Assembly (NCBI RefSeq): GCF_009914755.1
Contig: NC_060935.1
Reading direction: 5' to 3' (one strand)
Origin: the human T2T-CHM13v2.0 reference genome, Homo sapiens
DNA length: 64,000 nucleotides
The translations under genes and the position numbers were made by a program. The notes under the pieces were generated by a model, which made no database searches, was not told the DNA's origin, and saw only the letters and a list, made by a program, of their open reading frames with translations. Within the stretch, counting starts at the first letter, position 1. The number at the start of each line of letters is the position of its first letter. Of the stretch, positions 44,227 to 57,367 are shown piece after piece.

Positions 44227-47200
44227 AAGAAAGGGGAAGTTAAAAATACAAGGGGTAGGAAATCAAACTAAATAAAATTTCAATAAATGAACTGCTGCCA
44301 AGGAAATGTTCAAGTAAAAGAAATATGGATTGTCTAGAGTTCCTACTTAAAGAGAGAACAGACAAAAAACTTTTTTTTAGTTGACTATCACATTAGAATA
44401 CTCTAAAATGCCAGATATAATCTTGTTACTTAAATATTCTAAATATTTCATCAGATAAGCCTCTTGCTTCTGAAAGTTGTGATACAGAAGTAAAGAGACG
44501 GGGTTATACTGTCTCTAGAATTAGGTGGGATTTATAAATTTTCCTCCCATTTAAGTTTATAGCATTTGCCTTATTTCTGGATTTTATTTTATATATTGTT
44601 ATTATATATTATATTAAATGAGCACGGTGATTAGGGAGCCCGCTGAATAAACATTTTAATTATAGCCAAGTCATCAAAGAAGAAGACAAGCTGCCCAATT
44701 AGAAAATGCCTTTAAGAATCACCTTTCCTCCAGCTCCGAGTCTGGCATAAATTGCCCCTTGTTACAGGATGTAAAACAAATTAAAATCTTGGTTAATGAA
44801 AGTGAATTATAATGGCCTTGTCATTTTCAAGGTAATACATTATGTGAATAGTTCCTCCCACCCAAATATTTTAAAATTGTGATTTGGGTTTGTTCCATTT
44901 CTGACCATGATTCATTTCCACGCAACCTGATAAAAGCAGTGATTATTCACATTACCAAAAACTATATTATGGATTTTACAAAAGAAGTTCCATAAGGATT
45001 AAGATAACCCTTACATTAAAATATTTAATTTGTAAATTTGGCCTTTTATCTTCTTGACTCAACTTGGATGGTGTGAACTATTGTGTACCTTCAGCAATAA
45101 AAAAAATCCTAATAAATTATTCATGGTGCTACTATTATTCTAGTGTGTGACATGATGGTAAATAGTTGAATACCAGTAGGATAGATTGAACATTTAAGTA
45201 AGAATGTCTTAAGTTTCTCTCTGGATACATTTAAAGTTTTTTTGATTTTGTTGCAAATTCAAACGTGTTTTACAAATGGCAACCCAATAAACTCAGATCT
45301 TACTGTTTTACCCCTGTGTTGAAGCATAATTAGTTGAAAGAAAAAAGGGAAATTTCTCTTAATCTAATTTTACTCCTAAATTTTGCCTTACATACATTAG
45401 ACATATATCTAAATGCTTAAATTTGTGCTTCTCACAGACCCATAGAGGATTATACAAATTAATGACTTAAAACAGTTTTAAGCAGAACTAGAAGTGATTT
45501 TGGGAGAGCTCTCAATAATCACAACAGTAATTTGCACACAGAGCAGATGAGTTTAGACCTTAATGAAGTCTCCAGTACAATCTTGTGAGTTTTGTGTTTT
45601 TCATCATTGATAGACGATGTATTCTTATATTTGATTCTAAACACTTTTCCAGATTACATAAACATAATTTTAAAACCATAAACATCACTTTGGAAATGAT
45701 TCCCAGTGAGTTTCTGATTCTCTGCCATGTTTTCCTCTCGGGACACTTAGGAAGCTCCTTTGCGAGCTGTGGGCTTCTCTGAGTTCTGAGATGGCTGAAT
45801 GAGACCACTTATTTTTGTTCTCATGGGTAAAACTTACTTTTATTTTCAACTAAATAGAGCTATCATCACTGAAGAGTGAAATCCCTCTGCTAATATTTCA
45901 GAAAAATATCAGTTTCTGAATATAAAATATGTGTTTGACTTGTGAAAAGTAAAACTCTGTGTAAAAGCAAGTTAATAAAACCTCAAAGATATTTTTACTG
46001 ACAGTGTTTTGATATTCATTGCTGAAAACAAAGTTAGTATAAATTCAGCATTTTTTGACTGTAGAATTAAGATGATCCTTATAATAGAAGTAAAAAAAAA
46101 ACTTTTGATATTTTCGTTTAGGGTCATAATCAATAATCAGTGGTATAGTGGAGTTTTTTATGAATTTTATTTTTTAGTATTTCTTTGATTTGGAGCAAAA
46201 TTTATGATCATTTAAAAGAAAAATACTTTCGGAACATTTTCTTTAATCTGTGATTTTTATTCATTACCTTTTAAAAGGAAATGTTACTTAAAAGAAAAAA
46301 ATATTCTTATACAAAGATGATTAACTGACCCATCCTATTTAAAGCACTTGAACTAACTGCTGAGAACATCATATACTTTCACATGGTTGAAATTTCCTTC
46401 CAAATCTAAATCAATCTTTAAATTGCTTTAAAACAGAAGATAAATGAGGAAAAAATTATCTTGCAGGAATCTATAAACTGTCTGTTATATGCCTTAAAAA
46501 GGACAGTTTCTCGCACTAGGCTGTAAAATTTGTCCCTCTAACCCTAGTAAAATAGGATCCAGATGTCTTTTGTTTGAAAACTCTAGACTACTAAATAGTT
46601 TGAGTAAATTTTCTAGTTTAGGCCTCAGTTTGGGGTCTTAGTAATTTTACCTAGAGCTCAAAAACTGTGTCAAGTGCCAGAAAAATGAGAAATCCATTCC
46701 TAAAACCTCATCATAAAGTCATTAACCATAAGACCTGTTCCCTATCACTTTAAAAAAAAATGAGACAAAAATATGTTGCCCTTTGAGTATTCGCCCTACT
46801 TTCATTATCACTGGGGTATAAAGGTATGAGGATATGATTTTAGTGGATTCTACCTTCTTGGTCTCTTTAGTGTGACCCTTAATTAGTTTGAGAACAACAG
46901 CTACCCCATTCTAAAACTCTGAAATCTTGTGGTTGGAAGGGAGTGGAAAATACTATAAATGTGTGAAAACCTCATTGACAAAATAAAAATGTGGAGTGGT
47001 ATAGAGTTCATGGAAACCAGAATGAAGCAGCCTTTTGGAGAACAGAAAAAAGATCTATTTGATGACTAAGTTGACTTGCAGGTGCAAGCCCCCAACCCAA
47101 AGGGAATTTTGTGATTTACAATCTGTTGACATCTCCAGACAGACAGGAAGCCAGTGAATCGTATTTAAGTATGCATTTCAGGACTGGCTGACTGTACCTT

Positions 47201-48359
47201 AGGCAGTTTGAAGTATTCAAAAGCCAATATAAGCAGAGATTTGGGACTTAGTGTTGATTTTTTATGTTCAGCGGCATAACTAATTTTCAGCATTCCCAGA
47301 TAAAGAAAAATCTCCAGAGAAAGGTTTTCCATGTGTGACTTTGTTACCAATTTTATTCAAACCTAGTCTACTTTGTTTATATTGGACATAGAGCCAAGTC
47401 TGTTGTTACTCGAACATAAGTATTATTATTTCACTTTGTAAAAAAATTTAAAAATTATGCAATCTATTCCTGAAAGGTGGCATGAATCCACCTACAATTA
47501 CAAATGAAATCATATTTTCCAATTCACCTAATTTAAGTTTCAAATATGATATTTTTCACTTATGGATGACTTTTAATTGGCTGTGACTTCTCACGTCTTA
47601 AGTTACTCTAGCCTCACTACCAAGTTTATGCTATTCTTTTAAGACCATTAAACATAACCAAATTTTATAGCTTCCTGGAACTAAGATGGCAGAAAAGTTT
47701 ACAGAGTTTAAAAGGGGTTGCTTGACAAATTTTACCCAGTGAGTTAGTAGCAAAGCTGAATTTATAACTTGATCTGCTAAACTCCAGTACTGAGATAGTT
47801 CTGACATTTCACAATTCTAGGGAAATTTATTTAAAGAATGACTACAGTAAATTTTTTGGTAAAGAATATAATAATATTACTTTGTATTTTAACACCTTAA
47901 TTTTGAAGTTAACATGATGTCATTCAGTGGTATAATATATTCTAAAAACCAAGAATTTTAGCAACAGAACCTTAGTGCTGCAGTTTCCAGATTGTACAAC
48001 ACTTAATTTGTCAATTAACTTATCAACAATCTCAGATGTTGTGCCATGTGTCAGAGACTATACTGGGCACATGAAGTACACTATTTAATTCCTTCTAATA
48101 ATACTAAAACATAGAAATTAGAATTTCCATTTTATATTTAAATAAAACTGAGTTTCAGAAATAATGTATGTCAAGATATCCAGCAATGTCAGATGCATTG
48201 AAGATGCTCAGTAGCAGTTGCTTTTCTAAGATTCTTCCTCTTGCCTCCCTCCCTCCACTGCTACAACAGACCTTGAGAACAGGCCATTTTCATTTCTACT
48301 TTTCTGATGGAAAATAGACTCATCGAAGTTAAGTGATTTGTGAAATTTTAGAAGTAGGT

Positions 48360-51300
48360 TATAAAGGAAATAGAAGAATAAGAACAAACTAACCCAAAGC
48401 TAGCAGAAGAAAAGAAATAACTAAAATCAGAGCATAACTGAAGAAAATTGAGACCCCAAAATCCATGCAAGGAATCAATGAAACCCAAAGTTGGTTCTTT
48501 GAAAGGATACCAAGATTGATGCACCACTAGTTAGACTAACAAAGAAAAAGAGAAGATCCAAAGAAGCTCAGTCAGGAATGACAAGGATGACACTGTGATT
48601 GATCCCGAAGAAATACAAAAGATCCTCAGAGACTATTATGAACACCCTAGGTACACAAACTAGAAACTCTAGAGGAATGGATAAAATCCTGGAAACATAC
48701 AACCTCAAAAGATTGGATCAGGAAAAAGTTGAAACCCTGAACAGACCAATATTGAATTCTGAAATTGAATCGGTAGTAAAAAGCCTACCACCACCACCAA
48801 CAACAAAAAAGCCCTGGGCCAGATGAGTTCACAGCTAAATTCTACCAGACATACGAAGAAGAGCTGGTACCTATTCTACTGAAACTATTCCAAAATTTAA
48901 GGAATAGGGACACCTCCCAAGTTCATTCTGTAAAACCAGCATCACCCTGATTCCAAAATCTGGCAAAGACACAATGAAAAAAGAAAACTACAGGCCAATA
49001 TTTCTGCTGAACACAGGTGCAAAAATTCTTAACAAAATACTAGCAAACTGAATTTAACAGCACATCGAAAAGTTAATTCCCCATGATCCAGTAGGTTTTA
49101 TTCCTAGAATACAAGATTGGTTCAACATATGCAAATCAATAAATGTAATTTACCACATAAACAGAATTAAAAACAAAAGCCATATGATCATCTGATAGAT
49201 ATTGAAAAAACTTTGGATAAAATGCAACATCCCTTCATGATAAAAAAAACCCTCAACTAACTAGACATTAAAGGAACCTACCTCAAAAGAATAAGAACCA
49301 TCTATGACAAAACCACAGCCAACATCATATTGAAGCAAAAGCTGGGCAAAAACTGGAAGCATTTCCCTTAAGAAGGGGAATGAGACAAGGATGCCTACTC
49401 TCTTCACTCCTATTCAACGTGGTACTGGAAATTCTAGCCAGAGCGATCAGGCAAAAGAAAGACATAAAATGCATCCAAATAGGAAAAGAAGAAGTCAAAT
49501 TATCTCCCTACAAAAAAGTAAAATAAAACACCTAGGAATACATCTAACTAGAGAAGTGAAAGATCTCTACAAGAAGAACCACAAAACACTGCTGAAAGAA
49601 ATAATAGATGACACAAACAAAGGAAGAACCAATATCATTAAAACGGCCATACTGCCCAAAGCAATCTATAAATTCCACACCATTTCTATCAAACTGCAGC
49701 TGTCATCTGTTATGGAAGTAGAAAAAAGTATTCTAAAATTCATTTGGAACCAAAAAAAAAAAAAAAAAGAAAGAAAAAAGCCCAAATAGCAAAAGCAATT
49801 CTAAGCAAAAAGAACAAGCCAGAAACATCACATTACCTGACTTCAAGCTATACCCTAAGGCTACAGTAACCAAAACAGTGTGGTACTGGTACAAAAACAG
49901 ACAGAACAATGAAACAGAATATAGAATCCAGAACCAAAGCTGCCTACCTACAGCCATCTGATCTTTGACAACATTACCAAAAATAAGCAATGGAGAAAGG
50001 ACTCTCTTATTCAATAAATGGTGCTGGGATAATGAGTATCCATAAGCAGAAGAATGAAACTGGATCCATACCAATCACTATATACAAAAATTAGCTCAAG
50101 ATACATTAAAGATTTAAACGTAAGACTTCAAGCTATAAGAATTCTAGAAAAAATCCTAGGAAATACTAGGATTCCTAAATACTAGAGTAAATCTGCAAAA
50201 GCAATTGCAACGAAAACAAAAATTGACAAGTGGGACCTAATTAAACTAAAGAGCTTCTGCACAACAAAATAAATTCAATGGAGTAAGAAGCAACCTACAG
50301 AATGGGAGAAAATATTCACAAACTACACACCTGACAAAGGTCTAATATCCAGAATCCATAAGAAACTTAAACAATTCAATAAGCAAAGCCAAATAACATC
50401 ATTAAAATTTGGGCAAAAGACATGAACAGACACTTAAAAAAACATACAAGTGGCCCCAAAACATACAAAAATATTCTCAGTATCACTAATCATCAGAGAA
50501 ATGTGAATCAAAACCACAATGAAGCCAGGCACAATGGCTGACACCTGTAATGCCAGCACTTTGGGAGGCCAAGGCAGACAGATCACTGGACCCCAGTTTG
50601 AGACGAGCTCCACCTCTATGAAAAATTACAAAAACTCCACCTTTACAAAAAAATACACACAAAAAATTTAGCCAGGCATGGTGGCATCTGCCTGTAGTCC
50701 CAGCTACTCAGAGGGCTGAGGTTGAAGGATCACTTGAGCCCAGGAGGTCAAGGCTGCAGTGAGCCATGATCACACCACTGCACATCAGCCTAGGTGACAG
50801 AGCAAGATCATGTCTCAAAAACAAACAAACAAACAAACAAAAAACCCATCAGTTACTGGTGAAGCTGCTGAGACAAGGGAAGACTTATACACTGTTGGTG
50901 GGAATGTGAATTAGTTCAGCCACTGAGGAAAGCAGTTTGGAGATTTTGTGAAGAGCTGAGAACCACTATTCAACCCATCAATCGCGTTACTAGGTATATA
51001 CCCAAAGGAAAATAAATCATTCTACCAAAAAGACACAGGCACTCATGTGTTCATAGCAGCACCGTTCACAATAGCAAAGATGTGGAATCAATCTAATTGC
51101 CCATCAATGGTGGATTGGATAAAGAAAATGTAAGACATAGAATACTATGCAGTCATAGAAAAGAATGAAATCATGTCATTTGCAGCACCATAGAGGCAGC
51201 TGAAGGCCATTATCTTAAGCAAATTAACACAGAAACAGAAAACCCAATACTGCATGTTCTCACTTATACATGAGAGCTAAACACTGGGTACTCATGGACA

Positions 51301-51519
51301 TAAAGATGGGAACAAAAGACACTGGGAACTCTAGAGTGGAGAGCAAGGGAGGGAGGAAAGGCTAAACAAAAACTAATTTGGTACTATGATCACTACCTGG
51401 GTAATGGGATCATTTGTACCCCAAACCTCAACATTATGCAATATACCCATGTAACAATTCTGCACATGTACCCCTGAATCTAAAATACAAGTTGAAATTA
51501 TTTAAAAAATAAAAAAATT
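48360..51519 (+). mobile_element. 5'-truncated old primate LINE-1 (L1PA16/17-like) with internal deletions and a nested Alu
   Basis: Decayed ORF2, then a 3' UTR (gggatcatttgtaccccaaacctcaacattatgcaatatacccatgtaac) and A-rich tail. Candidate TSD aagtaggt at 48352-48359 and 51520-51527. Confidence 0.88.
50523..50843 (+). mobile_element. AluJ-like nested in L1
   Basis: ggatcacttgagcccaggaggtcaaggctgcagtgagccatgatc (J-type right arm) and (AAAC)n tail. Confidence 0.9.
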
Positions 51520-53754
51520 AAGTAGGTCAATGGAACAGTTAGTTCAAAATAACTCAGAGAAGAATGAGAAACAAATCTTAATGTGAGTATTGTTGGTACT
51601 TGTCAAGAGCAAGGTAACCAGATGCTGTCTAGAATTCAGCATAATCAATGATTACTAGAAAACTAAAAAAAATGTGTTCTAGTTTTGGACAAGGTTGAAG
51701 TCTTCTAGATTAACTTGGTCAAGCATTTTTGTACATTTAATACTTACATGCTTTATTAAAGCCTTATATGCAGTTAGGGATTCAAAACCATAAGACTGAA
51801 TTTATATTAAGAACCTTATTTTTATATGAGAATAGAGAATTTTTTTACATTCAAATGGTAGCTGTTAGGTTATTGCCCTGTGCCAAGATCTTATGTGAGA
51901 TGCTTGTGATTCTTGGAAGGAGACAGACAGTGATCTCTACCACTATGTTTGCAGTCTAGCAGTTTCCACCATTGTCCTGTCCCATAAACTGGTACCTATG
52001 TACAAAAGATTAGAAATATGTTCAATGGTGCCTACAGTCTTTTAGCAAGTGATATCTATGTAAGTAAACATTAATCTGTGAACTAGAGTCTGTTCTAAAA
52101 GCAGTAATTGTTCAGTAGAATTGGGCTCACTAGACTGTTTTGTTTAAATTTTCCATCTCTCAAAGGGCTCCTAACACATAGCACCCCTCTTTACTATCTG
52201 AATTCTGAAAAAAATAGAAAATAAAAGACTTGCATGTCACCTTTACAGCTAAAAAGATCCAAGCCAATAGACATGCTTGGTGTCTTTAACAGAGCTCCAG
52301 AATTAGGCCAACTAACTATCTAGTCACAAGCAAAGTGGGGGGTCCATGTGGAGGGCTCCCGGTGGACAGCTTCTTCCCCAGAAGTAGGGTAAACTAAGTA
52401 AAGCATGCTCAGTTTATTCATAAATTTACTAATTTTATAAATCCCTTTATCTTGTAGTGGATGGGTAATGAAGCAGAAAAGCCAGGAATAAAACTACTTG
52501 AGCATCCACTGCAAAAACAAAACATCAAGAATAGGGAAATCGCTTTCCCCTCGGAGTATGTACTGAACATATGTGTAATGGTATCAGTTAAAATAATAAG
52601 CAGTTAGAATAGGACAATTACTTAAGGTTAAATCTAATGATGTTTTCATATACTGTTCAATAAGAAGTACTAAAACATTGTCAACATATTCTCTATCTAT
52701 AGATTATTTACTTTGTATATTTTTTAAAAATAGATAAAAAAGTAGATAATAGTAGATTAAAAAAAACATGTTTTTAAATCTCCAAGTGACTTTTCCCCTC
52801 CTTTTTAACACCCAGTCACCTGATTAAAGTCAGAGAAACTGCATTTAAGTCTTTATCCTGCTCCTTGCTAGTTATATATTTTCTCTAGATCTCTATTATC
52901 TGTAAAAGTGAGAGGGTGTAAATTGATGATCCCCAAAACCCTTCACAACTCTCAAATTCTAGAATTATTATTGGCCTCCCCCACCTAGGTACAGTTGATA
53001 TGTACCTAGGAAACCAAATCTAATTTTATATTTAGCTAAAGAAATATATGATTACAGGAGATAGTAACTATGTCTCTCCCTTTGAACTTTTCTGGCATTT
53101 ATAATTTGCAAAACACATGTTTTATACATTGTTACTCTAAATTATGTCTCTGTTTCCTCTATGCTCAGTTGTTTCCCAAAACAATATATATGCTTTCATT
53201 ATGCTATTCCTAGGATCATAACCTATGACATTGTATAACCCATAGTACAATGTTCTGGACCCATAGGAAATATATTCAAAGTTAATTCTTTTCTGCTAAA
53301 TCATTTAAAGATGTTTATTTCTGGGGATTGCTGTTTGCAAACTTGAGTCTGACCCTCTGGTTGTATTTCTATTTTTAACAAACTTAGGTTCAAAATAGTT
53401 TCATTACAGCACTAGTATCAGTAAACCTGGTAAATGTGAATGCTGAAGACCAAATTTACATGGTTATTCATGTTGCTGTTTCATTAATATATTGCATTGA
53501 GTGTTTTTATTTATTTTTAGTATACTATGTGTGTCCATATATGTACACGTATGCATACACAGCAGGTATACATGTTTTGCCTCTGCTTAGAAGGATGCTA
53601 ATTCAAGAGCTTACAATTTCAATGCCAGAAAAAAAGTGAATGTTATTTTTAAAAGTCAGTGATTTACTCCCATGGTGCTCATCATCACATGTAATATATG
53701 GTAATTGTATCATTATAAGTTATGCATATGTAATGATCCAGGGTCTTTTTAAAG

Positions 53755-53896
53755 GTATGGTGTGGAGCCTCCTGGTTTGATAAAGCTGGAAAAAGAGATT
53801 GAACAAGAAGAAACACTTTCTGCCCCTTCTCCTTCACCTTCTCCTTCATCAAAGTCTTCTGGAAAAAAGAGTACAGGAAACTTACTGGATGATGCA
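53755..53896 (+). CDS. GAS2: GAS2 internal coding exon (142 nt, phase 2 to 0), Pro/Ser-rich linker
   Basis: Acceptor tctttttaaag|G and donor GATGCA|gtaagt. Encodes (R)YGVEPPGLIKLEKEIEQEETLSAPSPSPSPSSKSSGKKSTGNLLDDA; overlaps ORF 53762..54007. Confidence 0.95.
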
Positions 53897-55459
53897 GTAA
53901 GTAAAATCAGTCAGACTTCTTACCAACGGTTAGTCTTTCTTGCACTACAAAACATATTCTGTGCAATCTCGTATCAGTCTAATCTTTACCTATATCAATT
54001 TTCTTGAAATGTATTTTAAGCCCATATGAAAAACTTTGTAGTCCTACAATTCATTTTGAGATTCAAAACTGAACTAGTTGTTCAAAATAAAGTGTCATTT
54101 AATGCTGCAGACCAATATCTAAAACTTTAGAATAATAAGTCAACTCCCTGAAAATTGTATTTGAAAACATGAAAGTCTCTTTGTCACTGGATCACCATTC
54201 CCCCTTTCACAGATGAGAAGTCTGAAAACAAGATCTTGAGGATTGTTAAAGAAGGGAAAGTAAATGTATGATAGAGAAGTTAAGTGCCTTTTATGGACTA
54301 CCATTGTTTTTCAAGTGCTCTCATATATGAAAGGCAGGTTCCCTCTTGAGAAATGGAAACATAGAAATTGAGTAACCTGCTGAGGGGAGGAGAGGAGCTT
54401 AGATTCCAACAAAAGTTTTGTCTAACTCTTCAAGGTCGCTCTACTTAGCAGAGCCCTTGAGTCACAATTTTTGGTAGTTAGGAAATGTTTTAACAGAATC
54501 ACAGTAAACCGTTTTTAGGTATAACAGCAAACATGGTGAATTAAAACTCTCAAGTGACCTTGGTTGTCTGTTAAGTAGTTATTGGTTATGAAAAGTAGTG
54601 TGCTTGAGTATGTGTGTGCATATGCCCTCCACATATATTTTAAGTGCAAATATAAAAAAAATTAATAAAGGAGATAAATCATGAGTGACTGGGATGTTGT
54701 TTATGCAAAGTTTGTATTGTGGGAGTTGTAGTTGCTTATTAATTTTATAGAAAATGGCAATGCCAGAGGCATTAGAGTGACGTATGTCTCACATACATGG
54801 GGAGAGTCCTTAGAAACTAGCACCAACCACAATGCCAGCTGTGAAAATAGGCAGAACTGAAAAGGACTGGTGGTCCATAGCTGTGAGTTTCTTCCTCCAG
54901 GATATGAGCAGAAAAGAGCTGGGAAAATGGTTGGACACTACAGGATGCAGAAAAAGAGATTTCTCTGACTTTTGCTTTTCTCCATGTGACACGATCAACT
55001 ATATTGCAGATTTAGATGAGCCGAAATATAACAGTTTGTCTGATAGATTAAGAACCCTCATTTCTGTTAAGGGCAGCAAGCATATTAGCTCTTAAAGGTA
55101 TCTTAGCTAGTTTAATTTGGTTTCTTCTGGGTAACTGTTCAATCACTCAGGAACTAAAGAAGAACAGGAAAGACATTTTGATTTAAAGCTACTGAAAAGG
55201 ATTTTAAAATCACATAACTTTTTTGAAGAATTGGTCATATACCTTGCTTTTCATAGGATTTCACTTTTTATTTTGTAAGGAAATTGAGTAACATTATATT
55301 ATTAGTAGATAATGATCTATTGTTTATATATTGATGAGAACATTTTTTCTTCTGTGTCAATTATACTTTTTTTATTAGACTTACTTTAGGGTAAGATGTA
55401 CCTCTAGTCTTTATGTTATAAATATATTTCCCTGGGGCAAATATACTTCCTTATAGTCT

Positions 55460-56180
55460 ATTTCCTTTCAGCTATCACCTTCATTCATTTTTTTTTAAAT
55501 GCCTTATAGTCAGGGTTCCAGACCACTAAAGAGTATCTGGCTAATGTCCCTCTTATCCTCCTATTGAATGAATTACTGGATCAAATGAATTTTTTTAGTC
55601 CGGAAATTATGAGATTGCTTCCTGGTATTTGACACTGTTGACCACTCCATTCTTGAAATGCATCTCTACAACATTTCTGCTACCAGAAGGATAAAACTAA
55701 ATGCACTTTGGACTTGATTAAAATTATATAGGGTGCTCTATAACATTTGGGTGAAATCCAAGCTCGTTCATATGTCATATAGTCCATAGCCCTCCATGTT
55801 CTGGCCTACTGTGTGTTTTCTGGCTATTTTGTCTGCTGCATTAGTCCCTGAATTTTGATGTAGCCATTGTTGCTTTCTCACTATACTTCTGCCTACTCAC
55901 CTGTTACACTACTTTTAAACACCTTTCCATCTTTTAAAATTCAGGTTGCGCTACCCCCTATATAAAGATTTTTCTGGTATCTCTCATCCCAGGTATAACT
56001 GGCAAATCATTCCTTGGTGCTGCCAAGTATTTGTATCTATTTAATGAAGCATTTACCTTTTTGGGTATAAATGTCCTTTCATCTCAAGGTGCAGACTTTG
56101 TACTCAAAGACAAAGACCATATTTTATCGATCTACATCCAGTACTGTGTTTTTTGGATATATTATCAATGTAGCTAATTA
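55460..56180 (+). mobile_element. Degenerate L2 fragment
   Basis: atttgacactgttgaccactccattcttgaaa...tgaaatccaagctc...aaagaccatattttatc. Confidence 0.55.
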
Positions 56181-57274
56181 AGGTTGAAACTTCTCCCTTA
56201 TTCTGTTTATCCATGTTGGCCACATGCTCTGGAAATGCATGCACCTTTCATTTCTACTGTAGCTTTTTAGAGGGTGGAGATGCTGCCACTTGAAGCTATT
56301 TCTGTGAACCTAGAAGTAGCTAGGATGATTTTCTTTCTTCACTAGCTTGTCCCCTATCTGGCAATCCTTGAGATGGGGAGAAAAAGAAGAGAGGGCAAGA
56401 AGGTGATAGGAAAACTATGAAAAGGACTTCAGAGTTTACCAATACTCCAGTTCAGAAAAAGAGAGTGAAATAAAGATTTTCCATACAATAGTAAGCCAGT
56501 CAGTCAATACATGGTGGTTCTCCCCTACTCCCAAATTGTATGCTCTCAGTTGAGAACAATGGAATGGATTTCTCAGGAGCTTTAAGCCTTCTTTAAAGTT
56601 TACCAGAATTTAGAACGTAAACATCTGCTCAAAGTTTTAATCAAATGTAGGAAATATACAATGTGGATATTTCTGTAACTTTGTCAGCTAGAATATTATG
56701 TTTCACAAGTCTTTAAAATGGCATTTTTCAATCAATGTTTGATCAAACACACCACGGTTAAATTAGTTTGAAAAATACAACTTACTATATATAGATTAGG
56801 ACTGTAGTCCTCATGCAGAGTCTGGTGATAAACTTTGGCATATCAAAGGCTCTAGTGAGTTCCATAATAAGATCTTGTTTAACCTGGAATCTTCTAAACT
56901 TATTTGACCACAGAAGTCTCTTATTCCTTCATTTTACACTGGGGAAAACTGCATTGAACTATTTGCATTCTGTTTGATAGGTTTTTTTTTACTGAAGTGT
57001 TTTATTTCAGGAACAGTGGAGCAGAGAGAAAAGTAATCTGAGCTTCACTAATGTTTTAAATCAGAAATTAATACATCTAATATAAAAGGAAATTGTTCCT
57101 ATAGTAACTGCTTCACTGCATGTGAGGCACATATAGCAGTTCGGGGTTGAAAATGATGTACTCCAACATGGGTTTTAGAATAGAAATATAAAATAGAGAT
57201 TGCTTGCAGAGTTTCTGCGTTTAGTTAATAATATTGGCTAATTTTACTCTGGGAAAGCTATTATCTGCCACCCC

Positions 57275-57367
57275 AAAAAAGAAAAGGAGGAGGAAAAAGA
57301 GAAAGAGGAGGAGTAAAAGAAGGGAAAAAAAAACAAGAAGAAGAAAAAAGAGAGAAAGCAAAAGAAG
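57275..57367 (+). repeat. A/G-rich polypurine low-complexity tract
   Basis: About 90 nt of nearly pure A/G. Confidence 0.9.

Noticed and set aside
52984-53010. 10-bp stem cctaggtaca/tgtacctagg with 7-nt loop
   Set aside because: Short enough to arise by chance or a single small template switch in 64 kb; no other support.
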